Part shown: piece by piece, positions 52,500 to 64,000 of the stretch
How the letters are laid out: the number at the start of each line of letters is the position of its first letter
Numbering within the stretch: position 1 is the first letter of the stretch
NCBI GenBank assembly: GCA_951406725.2
Contig: OX597825.1
Coordinates: 52,142,001-52,206,000 of the forward strand
Direction of reading: 5' to 3'
From: Octopus vulgaris
Taxonomy: Eukaryota
Length of the DNA stretch: 64,000 nt
The notes under the pieces: model-generated
Told to the model about the DNA's origin: nothing
The model's input: the letters and a program-made list of their open reading frames with translations, nothing else
Database searches by the model: none
Made by a program: the position numbers and the translations under genes

Positions 52500-54372
52500 A
52501 ATTCTAGTGTGAACCACACACCTAAGCAAAGATAACTTCAGTTTTGCAATTCCTCAGAGCTTAAACTTTCGGAATAAAGAAAAAAAAAATGTTTTACCAT
52601 AAATTGCACCTTTAAAAATATGACATCTCTAAATATAGTAGCAGCAAAGGAAGCAGTTGTTGCAACATGTATTGCAACAGCAATACTGTTTTACCAAACA
52701 AAAATGTTTCTGGATTGTTGATTTCAGCAACTGGGTTGCAAGTTCTCTCTTGTTTGTCTCTCAAATGCTATAGAGGAATTTTATGCATAGACCCATTTAG
52801 CAGGAATTGAAAAGCTTGGCAATTCTATGTAATGAAAACATGTGCATGTTTCTATGAGGTGCATCTTTCTACAAACACAAGAAAAAGTGATCTATTTGTG
52901 CACTTCTAATCCTACAGGGACTTTCTCTAAGCCCTCAAGAGAAATGCTAACAATAGTCATGATTGATACATGTACTAAGATCTATATCAAGTGAGGCAGT
53001 CCATATGCAACTGTATGTGTTATGTTTGAAATTAAAAACAGAGCAAAGAAGAAGCTCAGCTTGTGTGTAACATGCCAGACCTAATGTGAATTTCTGCTTA
53101 CATGAGATACAAAAAGAAGAGGATTGCCATGAAAGTTATTGGAAATGATATTAATACTGTGCAATCTTACAGTTAAGGTAAAATATTGGTATTTGATGAT
53201 GGCTGATGTGATTTTTTAATGATAGGCAGTCAGGGTGGGGAATCATTAGGCATGCAATTCTTAATAACCACAGCCCCACCAGTGAAAACCACAAATTTAT
53301 TCCAAAGTTATATCCTGTGGCAGGTGCAGAGAACGTAAACATTAAGGATGATAGCACAAGACAGAAAGTATAACTGCAAAACATGTGGAAGTAAAGGTTA
53401 CTTAAGAACATTGTCACTTGAGGAGCTAGAAAGGCAGAAGATGGAAAAGATATTGATGAAGAACAAAATCAGCAACAACAGTTGGTCCAGTGGACTAGTA
53501 TAGCAACACCATGGCCAGTCATGTCAACAGCTGCCATTCTGAGAATTTTCAGAAAAGTTACCTTGTCATTAGTCTTAGAAGGTGACAAAACCAAGGCTCC
53601 TGTTCAAGATTTACCCACTTAGCTCCTTGAAACAATGGAGAGCAAGTGGTAGCTGAAGAAGAGTAATAGACAATCATAGAGGAAAAAGGAAGACAGAAGA
53701 GAGGTGAGCCAAAGCAGACAGAATATAATGCATTGCAAGAGGAGCTTTCTATCAGAAGAGTGACTCAAATTCACAGAGATCCTAAAGGGAACAGGATCTC
53801 TCAATTTAATACTGGTGGTGGAGGGAAAATGATCCAATGAATATTTTGATGGGCCATGATGTGTGGTAGCAATACCAGGAGCCGTTAGAAGACATACATT
53901 GCCAAAAACCACATTGGTGGTCAACGAGCATGTCAGAGATCCTTGCCAAGAGTATGTTTATCCCTTCATGGATCGGTTTGCCAAAAGAATGTTTAGGTTC
54001 TCTTTTGATGGTAGAAGATTCAAGCAAAAAAATTTGAAGGTGTGAGAGGTACTGGTTAACCCAAGGTGGTAGGCCTTTGAAGGGTGGATGGGTTGTTTGA
54101 ATTTATGGTATATGTGTATGTACGTTTGTGTGTGTGTGTGTGAGTTTTTATATAATTACTGTGTGTGTTTGGGAAATATGTTTATTGCATATTTATATCA
54201 AACTTTTAATCTATTCCCATATGTTATAAAATGTCTTTGCCCTGCTTTCATTTTTTTTATATATAACTGTATTTGGATGCACTGTCATGGACTGTAAATC
54301 CTTTTGCAATATGTTCCATTGCTTATATCAAAAAGGGCTCTTATAGCAGTAATAAAGAAATCATCATCATCA
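52500..54372 (+). mobile_element. Decayed non-LTR element remnant with gag-like zinc knuckle and LINE-like 3' end
   Basis: QDRKYNCKTCGSKGYLR near 53359-53410; AATAAA followed by (ATC)n at 54351-54372. Confidence 0.35.
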
Positions 54373-56241
54373 TTGGGTTGTTGAATTTCATGATGATGAT
54401 GATGATGATAAATGCCCCTCCCCTCTCCCTAATATTGAATGTAATTAACTCTGAAACATCCTGTGTGATAATGTTCTTTTACACGGCAAATATATTTTTC
54501 ATTTCTCATTTAATATTGGCTGATGTCAACTACACACTGATGAGATGACAACATTTCTATAATGTTCCTTACTTTTGACACAGATAAAAGTAAAAAGCTA
54601 ATGAAAATGCCCAACTATAATAGATTCCATTAATGGCTTTTAATATGCAAGCTGAAACATTGTCATTTTGTTCCAGTGAAGCAGGTCATATCACAAAAGG
54701 ATGTTAGATATTAGTTTGGTCAGAAGTCTGTTACCGATACGTAATTGATTTTATTCCTTCTGTTTCGTTTCGTTTGCTTCAGTATTCATGAAAGATTTTT
54801 GTACAGTTAATGGCTTTAATATAAAGTTGGGTCAGTGACACAAGCTAACAAATGTAACCACTATTTTTGCTAAGGTTTCAACCGACTATCTTACCTAATA
54901 AGCCAAATAACAAATGGCCATAATGAGTTTATAAATTCAAAAGAAGTTTTACAAGTGTGATCAGAATATATGGTCAATAGTGTTTGGAGGATTATTCATG
55001 TTCATAAACATCAGAAAAGGTAAAAAGTGGCATCAAAAATAACAATAATAACAATAATAACATCAAATGGAAATGAGAAAAAAAATGTTTTTGCATTCCT
55101 GAGAGAAGATTTGAGAGATGAAAATGAAAGCCAAGCCAGCAGATCCAGCTTCTGTCATAAGTGTCTATAGTGAAGAAAGAGAATTCATATTCATATTTAA
55201 GACTACTTCAGTTTTTGAAAGACTTACGGGAAATCATGACATAAGATATAATATCTTTTTATCTCTCCTTCTCCTTCTCTCTCTCTCTCTCTCCTCACAC
55301 ACACATTTCTGAATTGCACTTGTTTGACATGTGATTTGATCTGAAATCAAATTGGAACTAAAACAATTACATTGAAGGTGTCACTGTGACACCATCACTA
55401 TTTCATCCTTTCTCTTTCTTCATGGGCCAAACCTATAGCTATCAGAAGTCACACACATCCTCGGAGCCAAAATCTGAAGATTCATAATTTTTGTTGGAAA
55501 AGATATTGAAGTGTTTTCTTCTCATTGTTTTCTGTCAGTTTATTCCATCATCTTTTGGTCATCATATTTCTGGTTATGGATATAAGAATATTCACATTTG
55601 CACCAAATGCTTTCTTAATCACATTATACATTTTCTCAGGGTTGTATATTCTTGTAAAGGCCATGATGTAATCTACAATCTGACTCTGGGAGCCATGGAC
55701 ACATCATCTGGCAGTCTACTTGTATTTACTCTTGGAGAGAATTATCATTTGGAGAATATCTGTACTATGAGTACAGCACAATTTTGAGAACTGAAGAGAG
55801 TTGTTTCTCTGTTATTTATAAATAAGGGAGGGAAAGGTCACATCCATTTACCCTCTACTTTTCCAGAGCCTTTGTGACTAGTAGAGTGCAGAGAGAAAGT
55901 TTTCTTCAAGCCAGAGACCAAACACAAAGGATTGCAATAGAGTAGACTCCACTAAAAATACCAAAAGTATTGGGTTCTACTATCTATGTAAGTCACAGCA
56001 GAATTTGAATTCAGAATGCAAAGAATCGCAACAAATATTGCCAGGCATCTGGTCTGATATTCTTACTCTGCTGCTTATTCACCCTACATTTAAGTGAGAA
56101 TAAGTATTACTTCAAAAGATAATGAGCAAGGTTGACATCAGTATGATTTCAACTCAGAGCACTGAATATTAGAACAAATATCACAAGACATTCTATCCAA
56201 TGCTTAAACAACTCTGCCAGGTCACCAAATATTATTGTTGA

Positions 56242-56272
<31 letters not shown>

Positions 56273-56492
56273 TAAGACAATGAGCTAGCAGAATTGTTAG
56301 TATGCTGGGCAAAATGCTTAGTGGCATTTCGTTCGTCTTTACATTCTGATTTCCAATTCTGCCAATGTCGACTTTGCTTTTCATCCTTTTGGGGTCGATA
56401 AATTAAGTACCATTTGAATTCCGAGGTCGATATAATTGACTTACTCCTCCCCCAGATTTCAGGCCTTGCACCTTTAGTAGAAAAGATTATTA
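56273..56492 (+). mobile_element. tRNA-derived SINE, family B, in (TAT)n
   Basis: Homologous to 50254-50470. Confidence 0.75.
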
Positions 56493-56539
56493 TTTGACTT
56501 GACTCATGATTGGTCTTTTTCTTGGTAGAATTCATGTGA

Positions 56540-58821
56540 GTTGTGAGTTACTACCTGTAACTTTAGATATCCACAAGCTTTCAATAATCTTTCAAATGCT
56601 CAAAACCCTCCTGATAATCTTTCCTGTTTCTTAGAGGCAAACTTTCTGTGGAAGCTCCATAAGACATTCCATTCCAGCTTCCTTCAACCATTTGTGTATA
56701 TGAATACTCACAGTCCTAAAAGCATCAATTCTTTCATATGTTGGCCTGGTAGTCCCTTGTAGGTAGGCAGCATTGATCTTAGGCTGCTATGATAAGCACT
56801 TCTGTTTCTAATTTTGAGCCAGAAGACACTAACCATTGATGGGTAAGGGCTTTGTCAACATCGGCACTATTAGCTCTCTTTGGGTATTTGCCTTTGAGAG
56901 GTTTTTCTTGCCATTTATCAGTAAGAATAAGGCAGCAATTTTAGCATGGATTTTCATATGCTTAGCTTTTGCTGTGCGTGTTTCCAGTACGTCTAATTCT
57001 GGAATTTGTTGTGTTTGGAATTCACTTAGGTATTCCTTTACCTGTTTTTTTCGTGAGTATGATGCTTTCTTCTTTTCATGCTTTAAGATAAGTTTTAACA
57101 TCCCATCATCAAAGTTTTTCTGGTAGGTGTCTAGGCCAATTGTGGCAATCTTTATTGTTAATTCTGTTTATAAAAGTCCATGGCCACCCTCTTTTCTTGC
57201 CAAGTAAACTTGTTCTATATCTGCTTTAGGTTGGTGCATTCTATACATTGGCAATAATTTTTTTATTTTTCTGTCAAGATTACATATTTCAGTAATTGAC
57301 CAGTTTATGATATTGAAACTGTAAGTCATGACTTGTATGGCTAAAGTATTGATCACTTCAATCCTGTCTCTTGCATTCAGCTCTATCTTGAATATTGCCC
57401 TTACCCTGCATTAACATTCTCTTCTATTCCTTTCCCTCATCACTGAATTGCATAACAATCGTTAGTAAGCCCAGTAGTTGTTGGCTATTTTTTGCAAAGA
57501 GCTTTAAATCATCCATGTAAATGAGATGATATATATTTTTATCAAATATTTTATAGCCATATTGTACACCATCGACCAATTTCGAGAGAGGTATTAAGGC
57601 TAGACAAAAGAGGAGTGATGATAGACAGTCACCCTGGAAAATGCCACATGAAATTCTTATATCTCCAGTATTAAGAGATTCATTGTCACTGTTCAAAGTT
57701 AGTGTGGTTCTCCATGATCTCATACTTACAAACAAGTTTTGCAGAGTAGGTGATATTTTATACATTTCCAGACATTTCTTAATCCAGCTATGTGGTAGAT
57801 TATCACAAGCATTTTTATAGTCTGTCCAGGTTATTGACAAGTTTTTGTGTCACTTGTGACAATCTTCTAAGATCACCTTATTGATGAATAGGTGATCTTT
57901 ACAACCACAAGACCCACGTTTACACCCTTTTTGCTCATAAGGGAATATACTACTTTCTATTAAAAACTATAGGTATATTCAGTCAAGACAGATGTTAGTA
58001 TTTTATACATTGTTGTTAAGCTAGTTATGGGTCTATCATTTTTTGGTTCATTTGTTTCTTAATTTTTTTGGAAGTAGAAATGTTACACCATTAACTAACC
58101 AAGATGGAACCATACTAGGTTGTTGCAAAACATTGTTGTAAAGTTTTGTTAGCAGTTCATGGCTCTCTGTGAAGGCATTCTGCCAGAAGTTAGGAATTTT
58201 ATCCTTTCCTGGAGCCTTCCATTTGCTTGACTTCCTGAGAGTAGATCTTACATCCTGTACCTTGATACCCTCCCACTTTTGCTCTTCTAAGGAATCTAAG
58301 TCTGTAGATATTTTATCAATCCAAGAGGCCTTTTCGTTGTGTGTTTTTTCTTCTGCCCAAATTTTATTCCAAAATTACTGCACTTCTTTTGATGGAACAA
58401 ACTTTACTGTAACTGGTATTTTCCCTATCTTCCTGTAAACATTTTTGGGTTATTTTTGAGCATGCTTTTGTCCTTGAAGAATCTAATACAAATTTCATAC
58501 CTTGCTATGTGGGCAGCTTTAGCATATAACTTTGGCTTGATAATACAGTTCTATATTTAAGAGATGAAAAATTATGTACATTATTTACATTTGATGGATA
58601 TATGCCTTCATCTTGTTTGTTGTTAATACAACGTTTTGGCTTATATACCCTCCAGCCTTCATCAGGTGTCTTGGGGGAAATTTCGAACTTGGGTTCTCAT
58701 TCCTAAGGTATTTTTGGATGTTGTTGTTGTTGTTGTTGTTATTATTCACATGGTGTAGAGGTTAAGAGCATGGGCTACTAACCCCAAGAATCCGAATTCG
58801 ATTCCAGGCAGTGATGACCTA

Positions 58822-58893
<72 letters not shown>

Positions 58894-60200
58894 CACAACA
58901 TCCAAAAATACCTTAGGAATGAGAACCCAGGTTCAAAATTTCCCCAAGACAACTGATGAAGGCTGGAGGGTATATGAACCAAAACATTGTGTTAGCAACA
59001 AACAAGATGAGGGCAAATATCTGTCAAATGTAAATAATGTACTTTTGCTTGATAGTTTCTTTGGTGGTATGGTTTTCATGTTATAATTTTCCTTTAATTT
59101 TCAGATTTTTGTTGGTTAGATAGTTTTATCTAACTTAAGGTTTTTTAAGCATTCTATGTCAGACCTAAGTAGCTGAATTTGTTGCTGAATACGCTCTTGC
59201 CAAACAGGCTTTTTGTGGGAATGTTGTTATTTTCTAATCTTTTCACCACATAGAATCATTGAGATATTTGTGGATGCATGGTACAGGTGGTTGAGATCTG
59301 TAATATCAACATCATTAGCTGAAATTATATCCTTAAGTGCAAGGTGGATTTTATCAATTACTTTCAGGTTTTGTTTAAAATTGTGGATCTTTGGGAGAGT
59401 GTCACATTCATTCATACTGGTTTCACTTAGCTTATCAGTTACATTATCTCTTTCAATCATTATTGCATTTCCATCAGATCTGGGCTGGTCTAAAATTATT
59501 TCCTCTATAGTATATTCTTTAGCTGCAACTTCGTTCCTTTTATCCCTTACTGATTGTTTAATTTGGTCAATCTCTAATTCAGCACAGGTAATTTCTTTTT
59601 TATAATGTTTCTTCTGACCTTGGCAAGTTTGTTACTGTCTATGTATGGTCCTACTTCAAGGTGTTTCTGTCTCCAGTTTAAGTAGGTTTGTACAGTATTA
59701 GTTAGATTCATTTGTGTGGAAATACATGGTATGACAGAAGACCTTAAGAACTTCTTTATCATCTCCTCTAGACCATTTTTCATTCTTTTTTTTTTTTTGG
59801 TTATTTGATGACAAACATGGATGGCCATCTGTTAGAATATTCTGGTTGTGGTGTACTTCTAGCTCATGTGTTTCAGGAAGATTTGAGCCAGTAGCTGATT
59901 TTTCGTTTGGAATCTGGTTCATCATTCGAGTATACTGTCCTTGGTGATCCGGGTGATTGCCAATCCAGTTTATATTTTGTTTGTTATCAGTGATTGAGCC
60001 ATGACAAGCTTGGACGGTGACATTAGGGGATAGATCAATCTGTTTAGGGTTAATTTTTTGTAAAAATTTCGTATTTGTGATTATTTTCATTAAAAAGCCA
60101 CTTTCTTCCATTCTTCCACAGGTACCTTTATCCCATTCCACCGATGTTATAAGACTAGATTTGTTTTGAATGGAGAGACCAGTGTAGCACTTCCATGTTA
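56540..60200 (-). mobile_element. Decayed near-full-length R4/Dong-type LINE, interrupted at 58547-59042
   Basis: WKAPGKDKIPNFW, WTDYKNACDNLPHSW, GIFQGDCLSSLLF, HLIYMDDLKLFAK and YLARKEGGHGL. The 5' end abuts (AAT)n. Confidence 0.85.
58547..59042 (+). mobile_element. Short non-coding element: tRNA-like head, (AAT)n and hammerhead, with inverted 3'-end duplication (copy 2)
   Basis: A-box TGGTGTAGAGG at 58751-58761, B-box GAATTCGATTCC at 58794-58805, hammerhead-like motifs at 58625-58670 (-) and 58948-58993 (+). Arms 58577-58730 and 58892-59042 are reverse complements. Confidence 0.8.
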
Positions 60201-60231
60201 TTATCATTATTATTATTATTATTATTATCAT

Positions 60232-61175
60232 TCAGTAGTTTTATTTTTATAGCGTGCTTTCACTTCACTACCGAGCGCAGCTCTGTGTGCCTTGGGTATG
60301 TGCTGTGATTTGTTGTGATGCTCTGATGGTTATTGTATGGAAAGTGTTCTGCGTAGGATGTGTGCAGTGCCTAGTAGTGCAATTTTCTGTATGTTATATG
60401 TGTTTGTAAGTCCTGGTGTTTTTGTTATGTATTTTTCTGAATATTTTTTTATCATGCCTAATGCACCTACTATGATAGGAATTGTTTCTGTTTTTAGATT
60501 CCACATTCTGGTTACCTCTATTTCCAGGTCTTTGTATTTTGAAAGTTTCTCCATTTCTTTTAGAGACACGTTGTCATCTGCCGGTATTGATACATCAATT
60601 AGAAAGCATTTTTTTTCTTCATGATCTCTGACAACTATATCTGGTCTGTTGGGCTTAATTTCTCTATCTGTGTGTATCGGCATATCCCAGAGTATGGTTG
60701 CTTTCTTGTTTTCTGTGACCTTTTCTGGTGTGTGCCTATACCATCTTTTTTCTGTTGTTATTCCATAATGTTGGCATAGCTTCCAGTGTATGTAGGTTAC
60801 AACTTTGTCATGTCTGTGAATATATTCCTTCTTAGCTAGGACTGGGCAGCCAGAGATAATATGATTTATTGTTTCTTGTCCATCTCCACATATTCTGCAG
60901 TTACTTGTTATATTTCTTTTCATTACATGTTTTTGGTAATTTCTGGTGGGGAGGCTTTGGTCTTGTGCTGCAATTAAAAATCCCTCTGTCTCTGCTTTGA
61001 GTCCTGAGCTTCTCAACCATTGCTGGGATTTTTCTTTGTCTATTTCCTTTGCGTTTAGTTTAGTCCAGTATTTACCATGAAGGGGCTTTTCTTGCCATCG
61101 TTTTATCATGGTTCGTTGCTGTTCTGTTTTTAGTTTGGATTTCATTTGTTTTATAGCTTTTGTTGTTTCTTCATT
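60232..61175 (-). mobile_element. 5'-truncated R4/Dong-type LINE with uninterrupted CCHC + restriction-like endonuclease ORF (60330-61145)
   Basis: KPLHG, AAQDQ, CRICGDGQETINHIISGC, RHD, RPDIV, IDVSIP, EKLSKY and QKIALLGTAHILR. Both ends in TAA-type repeats. Confidence 0.92.
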
Positions 61176-61203
61176 TTATTATTATAATTATTATTGTTAT
61201 TAT

Positions 61204-61727
61204 TAAGGCAGTGAGCTGGCAGAATCATTACCATGCCAGGCAAGATACTTTGTGGTACTCCGTCCATCTTTATGTTCTGAGTTCAAATTCCCCTGAGATC
61301 GACTTTACCTTTCATCTCTCAGGGTTGATAAAATAAGTACCAGATGAATATCTCTTATCCTCTCCCCCGAGCTTGCTGGCTTTGTGCCAAAATTTGAAAC
61401 CAAGAAGGGCAAACAGCCAGGAAAAGAGCATCAGAAATTCAAAAAAGAGCCCAATTAAGAAAAATAAGGCTAAGAGGAATGCAATAAAAAATTCAGATTA
61501 CTACATGTAAACATCCTTTCCACTTTAGGCACAAGCCCCAAAATTTTCGCAGAAGGAGCTAGTGAATTACAACAAGCCCAGTACTTAACTGAAACTCGTT
61601 TTATTGATCCTGAAAGGTTGGAAAGCAGTCGACCTCAGTAGTATTTGAGCTCAGAACTTAAAGATGGTCAAAATGCAACTAAGTATTTTGATCTGCATGT
61701 TAACAATTCTGCCAGTTTACCACCTTT
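61204..61727. mobile_element. Two family B SINEs (61204-61402 +, 61510-61727 -)
   Basis: Homology to other family B copies. Confidence 0.65.
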
Positions 61728-62336
61728 CTACACAGAAACATTAACAAGGTTTCCAAAGTATTTTCTGTACAAAAGTAACCACTAATTGATGAGTTAAATG
61801 ATGACAAGAATAATTAGGTAACGAACAATGGGCTCACATATGAAGAGATGGTATTCAACTATGTGGAGTATACCATAGTCAGGCTACTCATTACACTGAT
61901 AGTTTTAAGATTAACAAGAGCTATTTTAAAACAACAGTGAAGGTATGGATATCTTTTTGCTTAGTCTAATATCCAAACTATTTATGAGCTATTTCAGGAA
62001 GGAAAAATTTCAGTACCTAGACTAAGTGGAGAGGGACAGTGAAGATGATCGCAGTTTAGACATATCTTATTTTTAAATAATATCTGTTTTTCTTCAGTCC
62101 CTATCTCTTGTTGTGTCTTAGAGGTGTGTGATTGTGTGAGGCAGGGTCGTTATGCCAATAAGGATAAATATGCACACTGGTGTTAATTATTCTTGGTGTA
62201 ATGATCCTCCCAATATAAAAGATTTGCTTCAATTCCAATTTCACATCAAGGTTCATGCATACCAACAGCAAATTTGAAGTATTTATTTCTCTATATCTAC
62301 TTAACATTCTTTAAGAAGTTTTATCTTGATACACAA

Positions 62337-62373
<37 letters not shown>

Positions 62374-62803
62374 TACATACATGCATACATATATACATAC
62401 ATACACACATACATACATATGTTTATTATATCAAAGGTTGGAAATCTTTGCAAATTTTCACTCTAGGCTTGGCTCTCCATCACCTTGATGGAGAGCCAGG
62501 GTCAGGCCTGGAGATGAGTGGACTGTCAATCTTTCATATGATAAACGTGTCTACCTATCTGTCTGTGTATCTATCTATCTGTCTGTCTGTCTGTTTATCT
62601 ATCTATCTGTCATCTATCTATCCATCTGTCTGTCTGTCCGTTTATCTATCTATCATGTATATATGTATGTGCTTGTGTGTGTGTGTGTGTGTGTATGAAA
62701 TGGCTTTATTGTACCTCCTATTTTTATATAACATTTTATCCTACCACTCATTTTTGTAACCCTGTATAAACATATGATTGCACTCTTGTGGCAACTAAAG
62801 AAT

Positions 62804-62899
62804 ACATCATCATCATCATCATTGCCATCATCATCATCAGTAACAACAACAGCAACAACAATAATAATGATAATAATAATAATGATAATAATAATAATG

Positions 62900-62952
<53 letters not shown>
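62804..62952. repeat. Compound (CAT)n/(AAC)n/(AAT)n microsatellite
   Basis: Read directly; explains the poly-L/I/N ORFs. Confidence 0.95.
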
Positions 62953-64000
62953 TTCATTTTCATTATTTCAATATAGTTAAATATATTGGGAATTCAATTC
63001 CAGCTAATATTATTCTTCAACTGTAATTATAGTCGAACACTAAAATGGGCGGCATTCAAATTGATTTTTATAATCTTTATTTATGATGAATCAGGCATTA
63101 CATGCGAGCAAGTCAGTGAGATTTAGTTTTCTTAAATCATTGTGAAGAATATAGTTTTGAATGGAATCTAATATTGGTTTGTATTGACAGATGATATTTT
63201 GTTGAACTAGAACACATTCAGAGAACATCAAATGCTTAAAAATAACTCAGCTCAGAAAAGGGTAGAATGGGTGCATAACTAAGAACTTTGGGTAGTGTTG
63301 ACCAGTGTTTAGAATAAATTACGTAAAGGGACATTTTAAAAAGAAGATTTAATTTCTGGTCAATGCCACTTAAAATAGAAATGTTTGGCTCTATAAAATA
63401 TCTGTCTTTTATGAAGAAGAATATTTGAAAAGTTTATAAATACATTTCATAAACTTGAAATCTGTGTGATAGGTTGACTGTGATTGAGGTTATCAATAAA
63501 AGATTTCCGATATATTATGGTTGGTTCTGTTCAGATCACATTGAGAAGTCAACAAGAACAACAACAGCAACAACAAATACATCAATCATGTACCATTGCA
63601 AAAACTCTTCATTTTATTTCATTGAAGAACGCAATAGAATGGATTAGAAGAGAATAGAATATCTTTAGCTTTTTTTGTTGATTATGTTTAGTCATAGATT
63701 AACTCTGATCAAGCAGACTTATGATAAAATGCTTTCCATCCTTGACCATCCATTATATTTTATATACCTATGGCAACATTGCTTATTGTGCCATCTTCTA
63801 TGAGGACAGTAAATTAAGATTTGAGAGAATTTACTTCTGTTTTTAACAAATCAAGCCTGTCACATACAGGCTCCCTTCTTGGTTCTAATGCACTGAAGTC
63901 ACTGCTCCATGTAATTCCTACCCCTTCAATGACTCAGGTACACTGAAGGGAAAAAAGAAACCCATGTCCTAGGAAAGTAGTAATGGCCTGCATCTGTAAA

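Overview
AT-rich eukaryotic DNA that looks intronic or intergenic and is saturated with microsatellites and transposable elements. The repeat make-up resembles a coleoid cephalopod (octopus-like) genome; that assignment is inference. No complete host gene is visible, only weak exon candidates, and most short ORFs are microsatellite artefacts. Recognisable elements: (1) several Penelope-like retroelements (PLEs), including one near-complete RT+GIY-YIG copy with an inverted terminal repeat at 41365-44810, a truncated relative, and two Naiad-like copies; (2) three R4/Dong-type RLE LINEs sitting in (TAA)n; (3) a well-preserved HERO-like RT fragment; (4) RTE LINE 3' ends; (5) two gag/ORF1-like relics; (6) two decayed maT-type Tc1/mariner copies; (7) MITEs and several tRNA-derived SINE families. 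The most notable signal is RNA structure: 11 minimal type-I hammerhead ribozyme motifs from about 5 unrelated repeat families, with intact cores at 32221-32301 and 17187-17231. One family is a short non-coding element combining a tRNA-like Pol III head, an (AAT)n spacer and a hammerhead. It inserts with the inverted-duplication signature of PLEs (58547-59042 and 37170-37567), making it a candidate SINE-like parasite of Penelope elements. All calls are by eye, and repeat boundaries are approximate.
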